This document shows positions 46,784 through 57,043 of a DNA stretch of 64,000 bases, piece after piece. The position numbers and the translations under genes were made by a program. Numbering within the stretch: position 1 is the stretch's first letter; each line of letters opens with the position of its first letter. The notes beneath the pieces were generated by a model. That model was not told where the DNA came from. It saw only the letters and a program-made list of their open reading frames with translations, and made no database searches. This stretch comes from a virus: the IMG/VR virus record IMGVR_UViG_3300037484_000374, positions 96,001-160,000 of that record, one strand, 5' to 3'.

Positions 46784-46873
46784 GCCCAACGACCAAGGTA
46801 ACGCGACCGGGCCACGATGCCTGGTTGCGAAGCCGCCGACGTTACCCCGGTCGCGTTGACCGTTTTGTTAAGT
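46784..46873 (+). mobile_element. attC-like site 6
   Basis: GCCCAAC...GGT-AACGCGACCGGG / CCCGGTCGCGTT-G-ACC...GTTAAGT. Confidence 0.85.
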
Positions 46874-46990
46874 TTTGAGCCACCGAAATTATTTTAAAAA
46901 ACTTTGTTTTAGGTGTTGACTTATACACGCAATGCGTATATATTAAGACCAAGAGTTAAGCATAACTAACCAAAACAAAGGAGACAAACC

Positions 46991-47254
46991 ATGAGAAACT
47001 TAATCACGAGAGAAGAAGCTGTAAAAATGGTAGGCGAAGAACTGGTAAACACCGCAGAGCAGACAAATTGTGATAACGCCTGTTTTGTTACCGATGGGAC
47101 TGCATGGGCCGGGTACGACGCATACACCGCAACGGCTGATAATGACGACTATCGGGTAACTGTTTATTATTTGCAGGATGCGGAAGAAACAAAAGATATC
47201 CCCCTTGACGATATGTCGTGGGAGATCGAAGGCTACGAGGTTGAGGAAGTTTAA
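46991..47254 (+). CDS. acidic hypothetical protein with own promoter
   Basis: TTGACT-N17-TATATT at 46916, AGGAG RBS. Confidence 0.65.
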   Translation: MRNLITREEAVKMVGEELVNTAEQTNCDNACFVTDGTAWAGYDAYTATADNDDYRVTVYYLQDAEETKDIPLDDMSWEIEGYEVEEV

Positions 47255-47457
47255 TGACAGGCCAAGAACTTAGAGAGGCCCGGCTTCGGCTGGGCCTCAA
47301 CATGCGCCAAATGGCGGAAGCACTCGAAACACCATACCGGACATACCAGGATTGGGAACTCGGAAACCGGCGCATTCTCGGCGTGTGCAATGTGGTTGTT
47401 TTTTTGCTGTTGAAATACAAGGGCGCAGTTAACGCATTACTGGCTCGAGAAACTTAA
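47254..47457 (+). CDS. XRE-family HTH regulator
   Basis: MTGQELREARLRLGLNMRQMAEALETPYRTYQDWELGNRRI; stop in ACTTAAC. Confidence 0.85.
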   Translation: MTGQELREARLRLGLNMRQMAEALETPYRTYQDWELGNRRILGVCNVVVFLLLKYKGAVNALLARET

Positions 47458-47508
47458 CCAATGATTGGCAGGCATTTTTGCCCCGCTATTTAATATTATA
47501 GGGGTATT

Positions 47509-47694
47509 ATGATTAATGTAAAAGAATATGATCAGGTTGAGATATGGGATGATTTTGGTGGTGCGGACACGATTGCCGCATGCTACCTTGAAAACTCTTT
47601 GAACCAAGGGAAAACTGTTTCAATCCCAAGTTTGGGGATCACCATAAAAGAACCTAGCGGAAACGCAATTACATGTAAAAACACCAGAAAATAA
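47509..47694 (+). CDS. hypothetical protein
   Basis: followed by attC left end GCCCAACCAGGCGCTGCAC at 47699. Confidence 0.5.
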   Translation: MINVKEYDQVEIWDDFGGADTIAACYLENSLNQGKTVSIPSLGITIKEPSGNAITCKNTRK

Positions 47695-47967
47695 TGCAGC
47701 CCAACCAGGCGCTGCACATTGGAGGTAAAAATATGGTTAAGATCACAGTAAAGTGCGTGGAATGGGGGTCAATATGCGAGACTGGCACCCAGCACTTTTG
47801 CCCCACTAAATAATTATTTTAGCGGTGCCAGATAAACCAACATCCAAATCATTACTGGACATAGCAGATATTGCGTCGTGGTGGATTTGATCATACCATT
47901 TTTCACAATCTTTATGGTCTTCTTTAAGACTTGCTTTACCCTGCCTCTACTTGTTTACTTCCCTGTG

Positions 47968-48037
47968 AAAATCTTGTCATTACATCTCCTATTATATTTA
48001 CTATCATTATACCACAATACTTGTTGTGTGTAAACTT
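47968..48037 (-). repeat. second copy of the 70-bp promoter-RBS-start module
   Basis: exact reverse complement of 11903-11972. Confidence 0.9.
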
Positions 48038-48300
48038 ACAAGGAATATTATTTCAGGAAAAGTATTGATATCCCTGAAAAATCATATAATAGAACTGAAA
48101 AAAAAGTGTATAGTTTTATGTTCCAATTGTCATAGAAAACTACATATTGGTTTGATTCATCTATAGAAATGTTGAAATTCCTTATTAATTTATCTTATAA
48201 TTTATACTACAATGTGGTATATTTCTGCTATTTAATCATTTCATTAGATTGTTGTTAAATGGGGGTAAAATGAGGTTTCACTCTCGGTCAGAGACTAGAC

Positions 48301-48344
48301 ACAATCAAAACCAAGAACAAATGAATATCCTTGGTTTTGATTGT
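48301..48344. repeat. 15-bp perfect inverted repeat
   Basis: ACAATCAAAACCAAG-N14-CTTGGTTTTGATTGT. Confidence 0.8.
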
Positions 48345-49159
48345 TGTTATTTCTTCTTCAATTCACTGTAATTATATGATACACGCTCTTTATCCTTAAA
48401 CTCAACAGCGTAATCACCCTTTGTCTAACCCTTACCTACTGTAACCAATACCCTCACCCACTAAATACTTGTCTTCTATATTCAATTCTCCTTATATTAA
48501 TTGTCTCTTTACTATTTATACAGGAAATATTGTAATTTGTAAAGAATTTTATTATTTTATTTAAAAAATACCCATTTTTATAAGTTACTAATGTTGTGAT
48601 ACAAAATGCCATTTACTCTCAGGGTTTCATAACATTTTTATTTCCCTTTCTCCCATGAAAAATTATTTAAAATATTTTTATCGGGTATATGGGTGTATAA
48701 AATGTGGTAATCGGGGGTAGAATTACAAAAAGTCCAGCGAGTAACGGATTAATATTATACTAATGGAAGATTACAAAGATGCACAGGGTATGGGATACAG
48801 AGAGATGGTGGTTGAGGAAGGAATATATATACCCACCGAGATGATGGCGGGTTGATTTAAGTCCGTGGCTCGGTAAAGTATTTTCTCCATTATTTTTAAT
48901 GTATTTTATATACTTTATTAAAATATTCTCTTAATTTACCCTCTCTTAACTATATAATATCATTACCATAATAATCTGTTCAATTATACCTGAAATCATA
49001 GCAATGTAAACCCCTTCCCAGCCCATGTCTTAGAGCCTCTATTTTAATTCCATTATTTTTTTTTCATTTTAGAAAACGTATCGTTTTCTACCACACACCC
49101 ACACACACCCACACACACCCACCTCATACCCACCTCATACCCTCAGATATATCAGATAG

Positions 49160-50072
49160 TTATCTCACACAACCGATACAAAAGATCACCCTGACTTCAA
49201 CCCTATGTTTCAAAATCCCTACCCCCCCCTTGTGGATAGGGATTGTAGCTGAAAACTTCTCGCTACTATTGGCTTCTTGAAATAGCCTGTTCCTCTTAGA
49301 GAGGACATAGTTATAACGGATGTTCTTGGCGGCATTTAAGTCGATGTGATCGATATGACCGCAAGAAGAACAAATGTAGTTGCTTTTCTTACGGCTGTTC
49401 TTCTCAGTAACTCCACACACATTACACTTTTGACTCGTGTATCCGGGGTCAACATAGACAACTTCAATACCGTTAAATTCACATTTATATTCAAGAAATG
49501 ATTGAAATTGAAAATAAGACCAGTTAGAAAGCCAAGAATTTAGTTTATGATCTTTTCTCTGGTTTCTGAGTCCTTTCAAATTTTCGAGAACATAAGTGCT
49601 AACATCGTGACTTGATAGCTGCTTTGTAACAACATGATTGAAATCTCGCATGAACCGCATTTCTCGACCAGACAGCTTCTTTAGTTTCCGTTTCGCTGAT
49701 CGAGTGCCTTTTTGCTGTAATTTCTTTCTATTATACTGGTACTTTCTTTTAACAGCTACCGTTTTTTTAGATGATATGATTTTACCATCCGATAATGCAC
49801 AGAGATTATACAAACCTCTATCAATTCCTATTATTTTCAGTTTTTACTTTTTCTTTGACTTTATAAACAAGGCATAACCAAAATTGACCGTTTTTGAATG
49901 TTAATTGCCCTGCCTGAACATCGTTTGTATTTACACTGTACTTTGTTACAAACCATTCAGGAATATCATGGAGGGCTCGTACTCTTTTATTATTACTGCT
50001 TATAGTGGTAAGTTGCCCTCTACGGGACAGAGATAGTTTATTCAAGTGGAGTGTAACCGAGAGGGACAGCAT
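49160..50072 (-). pseudogene. tnpB: IS200/IS605-family TnpB, N-terminally truncated and frameshifted
   Basis: IGIDRGL, VLENLKG, YTSQKCNVCG...CSSCG...DLNAAKNI; split over two frames; hairpin at 49213-49244. Confidence 0.85.
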
Positions 50073-50182
50073 AAAATTGTATAAAATTGTATAAAATTGT
50101 ATAAAGATTAATTATATTACACATTGACACTCCCCTTATATCTTGGTATAATATAATAATAGTTTAATATAAGGAGAATTGT

Positions 50183-50407
50183 ATGAACACATTAGAAAGT
50201 TTATTGAGAATGACTGTGAAGGGGGAAAACGGGGTGCTTAAAGAGCAAGGCTTGTCTTGTGAAGTTGATGTGACCCCAGAATTTAGAGTGGCAGTACAAA
50301 GCATTACCGAGGATGGGGTGCATATTATAATCCATGCCAATGGCCATAATAGCGACACATTAGACTTTATTGTAAGTGGAGATGAATTACAGCTCTTGAA
50401 CACTTAA
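50183..50407 (+). CDS. hypothetical protein
   Basis: TTGACA...TATAAT promoter and AGGAG RBS. Confidence 0.6.
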   Translation: MNTLESLLRMTVKGENGVLKEQGLSCEVDVTPEFRVAVQSITEDGVHIIIHANGHNSDTLDFIVSGDELQLLNT

Positions 50408-51627
50408 AGATTAGAGGAGATTATGGATGACAATACTTATATGTGAGAATGGAAGACCGGGATGTGAGGGATGTGAGCATTGTGAACCACACACTAAAGA
50501 AGATTTACTGTGCTGTGATGATTGCAGGTTGGATGGTGAGTGTGTTTTTTGGGGTATACAAGTTAGGTGCATAGAGGTTGAAGAATGAGTGTTATATAAT
50601 ACTTGACATCCTATCTCAGTGTGGTATAATGGAGTATAAGACAAAGAAAAAATATGGGGGCAAGAAATGAATGCAATCGAAGAGTTCTATGTAAAAAAAG
50701 CAAAAATGACAGAAGAAGAAATACAGAAAATGTATGACGATCTTGGAGATGACGACAGCATCATGGTTGTGGTGCCGAACGGTGAAGAAGATGATTAAAC
50801 AGCAAGAGACTTCATTGTTTGATTATATCGATGTCACCCCCATCAGAGACAGTAGCCACCTTTCCAGTAATAACTTGGAGTTCTCGTGATTATATTGAGA
50901 GTGTACTGAACATTGACAAGGAGTAATTGATTATGATATTCTATGGGTACAATTATATGAAGAGTGAATGGATCAAGATAACTTTCTTTCATATGTTATG
51001 GTTGATGTTTATTGGTTGAACTCTTGTAAGGATTGAGGTAGAGCGATGATGGTAATAGAATTTATGGATGGTCATATTCATATTGATCTCAAAGACTTTC
51101 CAAAAGTTATAGAGAGATGTCTTTCATGTATCTTATCATGGGTCATCTATATATGAAACATGTCCAACCTGTAAAGGTGATAAGGAAAAGGTATTCTAGC
51201 GGTCAATGAATAGTGAAGAAAGGTTCAGATATTTATTAACATTAATATCAAATGAGGATGGAGATTGAAATGGTAATATATTGTGCAGGGTGCCGTATTA
51301 AGGTGGCCGTGATGGTGAAGGGTAGTTCAATCAAGACCGGTGCTGTTATGTTATGTGCCGCATGTGAGACAAAAAGAATGGCGGGGGATATGGCTAAGAA
51401 GATGTTTGAGAAAGCACCCATGTATGATGATAATTGGTTTAGTGATATATTCAAAGGAAATAAGATAAAGAAAAGGGGAGCAAAATGAAAACAATCAAAA
51501 CATATTTTAAAAAGATGGTGGATGATCCAAGTGAGTTTCAGGCATGGGTTATATTGTTATTCTTAATTAGTTGTTGGATGACAACAGCTATCTGTATAAT
51601 TGGATGGTTCGCAAATAGGTAAGGAAA

Positions 51628-51891
51628 ATGAAATACAAGAAGTTGGTAAGACAGGCAAGTGAAGTTCAGAAAGATGATGGTATTCAGGCATATATTTGTT
51701 ATAGTGGTGCTGTACAGGAAAAACTACGCAATAAGCTAGGATTATCACAAGAGGATTTTGCTCAAAAATCTGGTGTGAAATATACAACGCTGACAAAAAT
51801 TGAAAGCAGTGTAATAAAAAAACCGTCTGTTATGGTTATGGATCAAATTGCCAAAGCTCTTGGTGTTTCCATTGAGGATTTAATAAAATAG
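51628..51891 (+). CDS. XRE HTH, RM controller-like (N-terminus possibly chimeric)
   Basis: KLRNKLGLSQEDFAQKSGVKYTTLTKIES...IAKALGVSIEDL, directly upstream of MTase. Confidence 0.75.
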   Translation: MKYKKLVRQASEVQKDDGIQAYICYSGAVQEKLRNKLGLSQEDFAQKSGVKYTTLTKIESSVIKKPSVMVMDQIAKALGVSIEDLIK

Positions 51892-51895
51892 TATT

Positions 51896-52939
51896 ATGGC
51901 AAAAACTAAAAACGACAATTTAAAGTTTATTGATTTATTTGCTGGAATTGGTGGCTTCCATTTAGCTTTGCATGATTTAGGTGCTAAATGTGTTTTTGCT
52001 TCAGAGTGGGATGACTTAGCCAGACAAACATACGAAAAAAATTTTCAAAAAATTCAACCCTCTCTTTTTGAAAAGGGATTATTTGCAAAAGAAGGACAAG
52101 AATTATTTGCAGGTGATATTACAAAGGTTAATCCTAAAAAGATTCCAGATTTTGATATTTTATGTGGAGGGTTTCCTTGCCAGCCATTTAGTATATCGGG
52201 AAAACAGAAAGGTTTTCAGGATACACGAGGAACATTATTTTTTAATGTTTTAGAAATTATAAAAGCAAAAAAACCAAAAGTTGTTTTTTTGGAAAATGTT
52301 AAGAATTTGAAATATCACGATAATAAAAAGACTTTATCTGTCATAATAGAGAATTTGGAAAATATAGGATATAAAACAGAGTGGAAAATCTTGAATGCTA
52401 AAGACTTTGGGCTAGCTCAAAACAGAGAAAGAATAATCATCATCGGACACAAAGATAAAAGGTTTGATTTTGGCAAAATCAAAAAAGATAATTCAAAAAC
52501 AATTAAAGATATCATGGAGAAAGATGTTGAGTTTGAATATTTAAAAAAAGAAGAATACACAATTTTGCCAAAAGATAAATGGAAAAAACAAGATTCAGGT
52601 TTAATTTTTTGTGGATACAGAAATAAGTCAATTAGAACAAACGGCACAAGACCAAATACCGAACACCTTTCGCGTGTTCACAAGCAGCCAAATAGGATAT
52701 ATTTTATTGGGGGTACTCATCCTACGATACCATCACAAGAATCATCTGGACGATTTTGGATATATGACGGGAAAAAAGTCCGAAAATTAACCATTAATGA
52801 ATGTTTTCGATTACAAGGGTTTCCTGATAACTTTAAAAAAATCAGTACGAATGGAGCTTTGTATAATCAAATTGGCAATGCAGTTGCTGTACCAATGATA
52901 AAAGAAGTAACTAAGGAAATAATAAATCAATTACTATGA
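51896..52939 (+). CDS. C5 cytosine DNA methyltransferase
   Basis: DLFAGIGG, GFPCQPFS, ENV, QNRERI, RLQGFP, QIGNAV. Confidence 0.95.
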   Translation: MAKTKNDNLKFIDLFAGIGGFHLALHDLGAKCVFASEWDDLARQTYEKNFQKIQPSLFEKGLFAKEGQELFAGDITKVNPKKIPDFDILCGGFPCQPFSISGKQKGFQDTRGTLFFNVLEIIKAKKPKVVFLENVKNLKYHDNKKTLSVIIENLENIGYKTEWKILNAKDFGLAQNRERIIIIGHKDKRFDFGKIKKDNSKTIKDIMEKDVEFEYLKKEEYTILPKDKWKKQDSGLIFCGYRNKSIRTNGTRPNTEHLSRVHKQPNRIYFIGGTHPTIPSQESSGRFWIYDGKKVRKLTINECFRLQGFPDNFKKISTNGALYNQIGNAVAVPMIKEVTKEIINQLL

Positions 52940-53860
52940 CAAACATAAATCATAAAGAAAAATTATTGGAAATATACAAAAAATCATTTGATATATCAGA
53001 TATCGAAAATATTTCCAAAGAAGATAAACAATATTTAGAAAACATAATTTTAAATATTGATAAAAATAAAGGAGTATACACAGTACTGATTACTTTGTTA
53101 GTACATAAGTTGGTAGATTCAAAACAAGATATAAGATTTTTTCAAAATAAAATGAAAAAAGGATTTTCAGCAAGAACTATTGATACAAAATATATCACTC
53201 CGACATTAAAAGAGTTAGGTCTTCCGTCAATGGCAGAAAGTGGCTGGCTAACGAGAAGTCTTGATCAACCATATCCCTACACACTAAAATACGAGGGTGA
53301 AATATCTGGGAAAGATATGAAAAAATCGTTTTTGAAAATTGTTGACTCATTTCAAAATAAATCTTCATTAACTGAAAATTTTCTTAGGTTTATTCTTAAT
53401 GGGGCAATTTCATTTAAGGATAAAAATCATATCGCAATAAAAAAGATTTCAAATGGCGATGAATTATCAATTTCTACTATTGTTTCGTTATTAGAGGAGC
53501 ATTTTACCGAAAATTACAAAACACACGGCGGATCAAAACTTCACGTTTTGGCATTTTATGCGATGTATAAAATTTTGATTACTGAATTAGGAAGATACAA
53601 AGGTTGCGAATTACTACCACTAGGCAGTCATACCGCCTCTGATAGAACCTCAAAAGCTCTGGCGATATTGAAATTGTAAAAAACGGCAAAATTTTTGAAT
53701 CTGTAGAAGTAAAACTAGATAAACGAGTAGATATAACTATGGCAAGAATAGCGTATGAAAAAATTGCAAGATTTAATCCAATACGATATTACATCTTGTC
53801 ATATATTGGAATATCAAAAGATGACGAGAAAAAACATATAAAATATAAGGAAAAATATTA
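52936..53860 (+). pseudogene. type II restriction endonuclease, frameshifted
   Basis: ATGA overlap with MTase; after DRTSK the motif SGDIEI...ESVEVK continues in another frame. Confidence 0.72.
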
Positions 53861-53865
53861 ATGTT

Positions 53866-54189
53866 ATGAACATAAGTCAAAATGTTGTAACACAGAAAAT
53901 ACACACTGACATGGTAGGCAAAATACATGTCCATCTTGTCAATGTCGATGGGAAAATCGCTCAAAAGACCGTAAAAGTTTTAAGCAAGTATGGGCTTCAA
54001 CGCTTTGCTGATATTGGGATTGATGTTTCATGTTTCCCATATATTGTTGAGTTTGACAACTACTCAGAGTATTATAGTGTGTCGTTCAATAATGGTAGAG
54101 GTTGTGACTTCACAGTGAATAGAATTCTCTATGATAAGGGTGAAAAAGAACCCTATGGTGACCAAGGTGTAACAATTGAAGAGGTATAA
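53866..54189 (+). CDS. hypothetical protein
   Basis: 107-aa ORF. Confidence 0.5.
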   Translation: MNISQNVVTQKIHTDMVGKIHVHLVNVDGKIAQKTVKVLSKYGLQRFADIGIDVSCFPYIVEFDNYSEYYSVSFNNGRGCDFTVNRILYDKGEKEPYGDQGVTIEEV

Positions 54190-54731
54190 TATATGAGAAG
54201 AACGTGGTCTTAGAAAGTACCAACTAAAACAGGTAATTATTGGTTCTATGGTGACCCTTATATGGGTCAAATGGAGCAGGTTTATTTCGATGATCCACCA
54301 CCTATAAAACCAAAAATGTATTACGTTAAGATATTTGATATATCTAACGGTATTATGGCGGTAACAGAGGGTCAGCATATTCCTCTTAGAAAGTTTAATA
54401 AAAAGAACCACATAGATGGATATGTTGGATATTGGATAGAAGAAAACCCGGTAATACCACCTGATGATGATCAAAACCTGTTTGGGGAAGACGATGGGTG
54501 ATATCAAAGTAAAAGCAGAAGTATTAAAAGTTGTTAGAACCAACATGGATAAGCCAAAATCTGTTGTATTTAAAATTATAAAGGCTCATCTTCCAGCCGA
54601 ACCCATGGAAAGAATAGCCAAGGCTTTGAAGGAGCTATTGGGTAGATATAAATAATTATAACAAAACTCTTGATATCTCCCTTGGATGTGGTACAATACA
54701 TTATAAGATAAAAATATATAAGGAGAGCAAA

Positions 54732-54917
54732 ATGAAAGGAACATTTAAGTTGGAAACTAAAATTAGTGAAGGATCGGCATTTGAAGATGATCCACGGGGT
54801 GAGTTGGTTCGTATGTTGAAAGAGGTCGTGGAAAAGGTTGAAAGTGGTCGTGATTTCGGTATCATTCATGATATCAACGGAAACATATCTGGTACATTTG
54901 AAGATTTTGACGAGTGA
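54732..54917 (+). CDS. small hypothetical phage protein
   Basis: AGGAG RBS; AFEDDPRGELVRML...IHDINGN. Confidence 0.6.
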   Translation: MKGTFKLETKISEGSAFEDDPRGELVRMLKEVVEKVESGRDFGIIHDINGNISGTFEDFDE

Positions 54918-55634
54918 GTTACAAATATAAAATCACAGAAAGAAATTACCCATACAAAATGCCGGTGTGTGTATGTTCTAAATCTATTTTGATACCAACT
55001 ATCGATAACCCCCACCCATTCCTTGATTATAGGTGTTTAATTATAACACCAAGACATTGTCATGATGCCTACCAAGACCGTATAGGTATCATGACGTTAT
55101 ACGATATATGGTTTACGTAGTTGATATCATCCCACCTGTTGGACATCAGGAGCAGGGTTTCTACCTCGATGACGGTACGTTCCCTAGTAGAGAGGAAGCA
55201 AGAACTCTTGCTCTTTTAACCGGTAAGTGTAAATCTCCTGATCATCAGACAGAATTATTTAGCGAGGATTTATGGTAATGACCAAGAATACACCTCATTA
55301 TATTGACAATGATCTTTTTATAAAGCAATGTCAGAATGGAAAAATCGTTATGATAAGGCGTTTATGTTGAATATCCTTTTAATGCTCTCGATGTATTCTT
55401 TGATCTTGACTTTCACAGTTAAATCCATAATATCGCTCTTAACATTAGCCCAAATATGCCAACCTGTTAAAGCATCTATAGCATGTATCTGGGCTGTCAA
55501 TATATGAAGTGTATTGTTGTCAATATTTAAGTATTCTTTTAATCTCATATTATTTCCTCTATTATTATTTATATAAATAATCCTAAATACCCACACTTAA
55601 AGACGGTCTTTATACCACTCCATGTATATCCATG

Positions 55635-56282
55635 TCACCTATCGGTCTGATTTTTGGTTTTAAAGACATTTAATTTCAGTGACGATTTTCTGGTGCTCTT
55701 AACCTCTTGTATCGGAAGAAACCCGTAAGTGAGAGATTTACAATATTCCTTGAAGTTCCTCGGCACATAGTGTCCGTTCTCGCTTCTCTGTTCTTTCGAT
55801 TGCACGTCATCGTATGAGATAACAACAAACTTGACATTCCTATGGAACACCCATTTCAGGAAATTCTCGTACAGTTCGTCTTCAATGATATGAAAAAGAA
55901 AATCATATGCGATAATCATATCAACGTCACGATTCATTGTTGTTTTTATTAATTCAGATGGTGATATATTAAGGATTTCTTTGTCAGGGTATTCCTTGGT
56001 AATCTTATCATATATTGATTTTGCTGGTTCGATGCCGGTATATTTCACTGTGTTGTTTTTCAGTTCAGGAATTTCCATCATGAACTTCATGTCACCACAG
56101 CAGATATCCAGAACAGTTTTCACGTCTGGATTCTCTCTTATAACTTTTTGAACGGCCTCTTTCTTGGCTCGATACCACTGATCCTTTGGATGCGATCCCC
56201 AACCAACACAATCATCTTTCTTAAACCGTTTATTCCAATACTCGATGGCCTCTTTCTCGTTTTTTAAATTCTCATCAGCCAC
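55635..56282 (-). CDS. class I SAM-dependent methyltransferase
   Basis: YWNKRF, VLDICCGD, YTGIE, DFLFHI. Confidence 0.82.
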   Translation of the reverse strand: MADENLKNEKEAIEYWNKRFKKDDCVGWGSHPKDQWYRAKKEAVQKVIRENPDVKTVLDICCGDMKFMMEIPELKNNTVKYTGIEPAKSIYDKITKEYPDKEILNISPSELIKTTMNRDVDMIIAYDFLFHIIEDELYENFLKWVFHRNVKFVVISYDDVQSKEQRSENGHYVPRNFKEYCKSLTYGFLPIQEVKSTRKSSLKLNVFKTKNQTDR

Positions 56283-56596
56283 TATTTTATTGCCTTTCTG
56301 ATACCATCCTCATCCACTTTTGTATGGTCACCAATATTCATTTTAATGTAATTCTGGATTTTGCTTGTGGTGACACTATATTTATCAGTGTTGAAAAGAA
56401 TCTTTCCACTGTCACTTCTGAATACAATAGGTGTTGTGTAATTCATAAGACTCCAACCATTTTTTTCTTTTGATATTTTAAGATTTGGTGTTCCCCAAGT
56501 AGGTTTTTTATCTTTAGGAAATGTATCACCTATAAACATATCAATTACCTCGGTGTTAGTTGCTTCTGTCAGTAAATACTTGTCTTCTACATTCAT
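56282..56596 (-). CDS. hypothetical late protein with KYLLTE N-terminus
   Basis: AGGAG RBS; YSVTTSKIQNYI. Confidence 0.65.
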   Translation of the reverse strand: MNVEDKYLLTEATNTEVIDMFIGDTFPKDKKPTWGTPNLKISKEKNGWSLMNYTTPIVFRSDSGKILFNTDKYSVTTSKIQNYIKMNIGDHTKVDEDGIRKAIK

Positions 56597-56608
56597 TTCA
56601 ATTCTCCT

Positions 56609-56874
56609 TTATCCTATTATGGTATAGGTTAAACCATCTTTTATACTAAATGTTATACCCTTTTTGTTGTTTGATGTGACATTCCCTATATTTATAGGTT
56701 CAGCATATGGCATACTGATGAACCCGTTATTATTCTTGACAATAAAATCGGACATAACACCCTTATGGATGGGTTTGCCTGTGATCTCGGCAACAATAAG
56801 TTGATTAATGGATACTGTAACAGTAACCTTACCCCCCCCCTCATCTCATTTAAAAAATCTGTTATTTTTCCCAT
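56609..56874 (-). pseudogene. late gene frameshifted at a G9 tract
   Basis: MGKITDFLNEMR then alternative frame GKVTVTVSINQ...YTIIG ending at the next RBS. Confidence 0.5.
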
Positions 56875-57043
56875 TATATTATCCTCTTTAGCCCATTTTA
56901 TATAAGTATTTATATTATTTTTATAAATTCTTTTACTTTTTATGTTCTTATAATCAACAAGTTTGTAGTTATATCTATCACCATGAACACAATATGCTCT
57001 TTTTATAAAATCCTCTGTTGATAATATCATTATATGTTCTATG

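Noticed and set aside
43510-46873. attC hairpins as terminators or CRISPR repeats
   Set aside because: No U tracts, sequences differ from each other, and they are separated by whole genes with RYYYAAC/GTTRRRY-type ends.
48040-49150. Long AT-rich gap as replication origin
   Set aside because: Contains gene remnants, promoters, one inverted repeat and short CA-rich repeats but no iteron array; cannot be supported from sequence alone.
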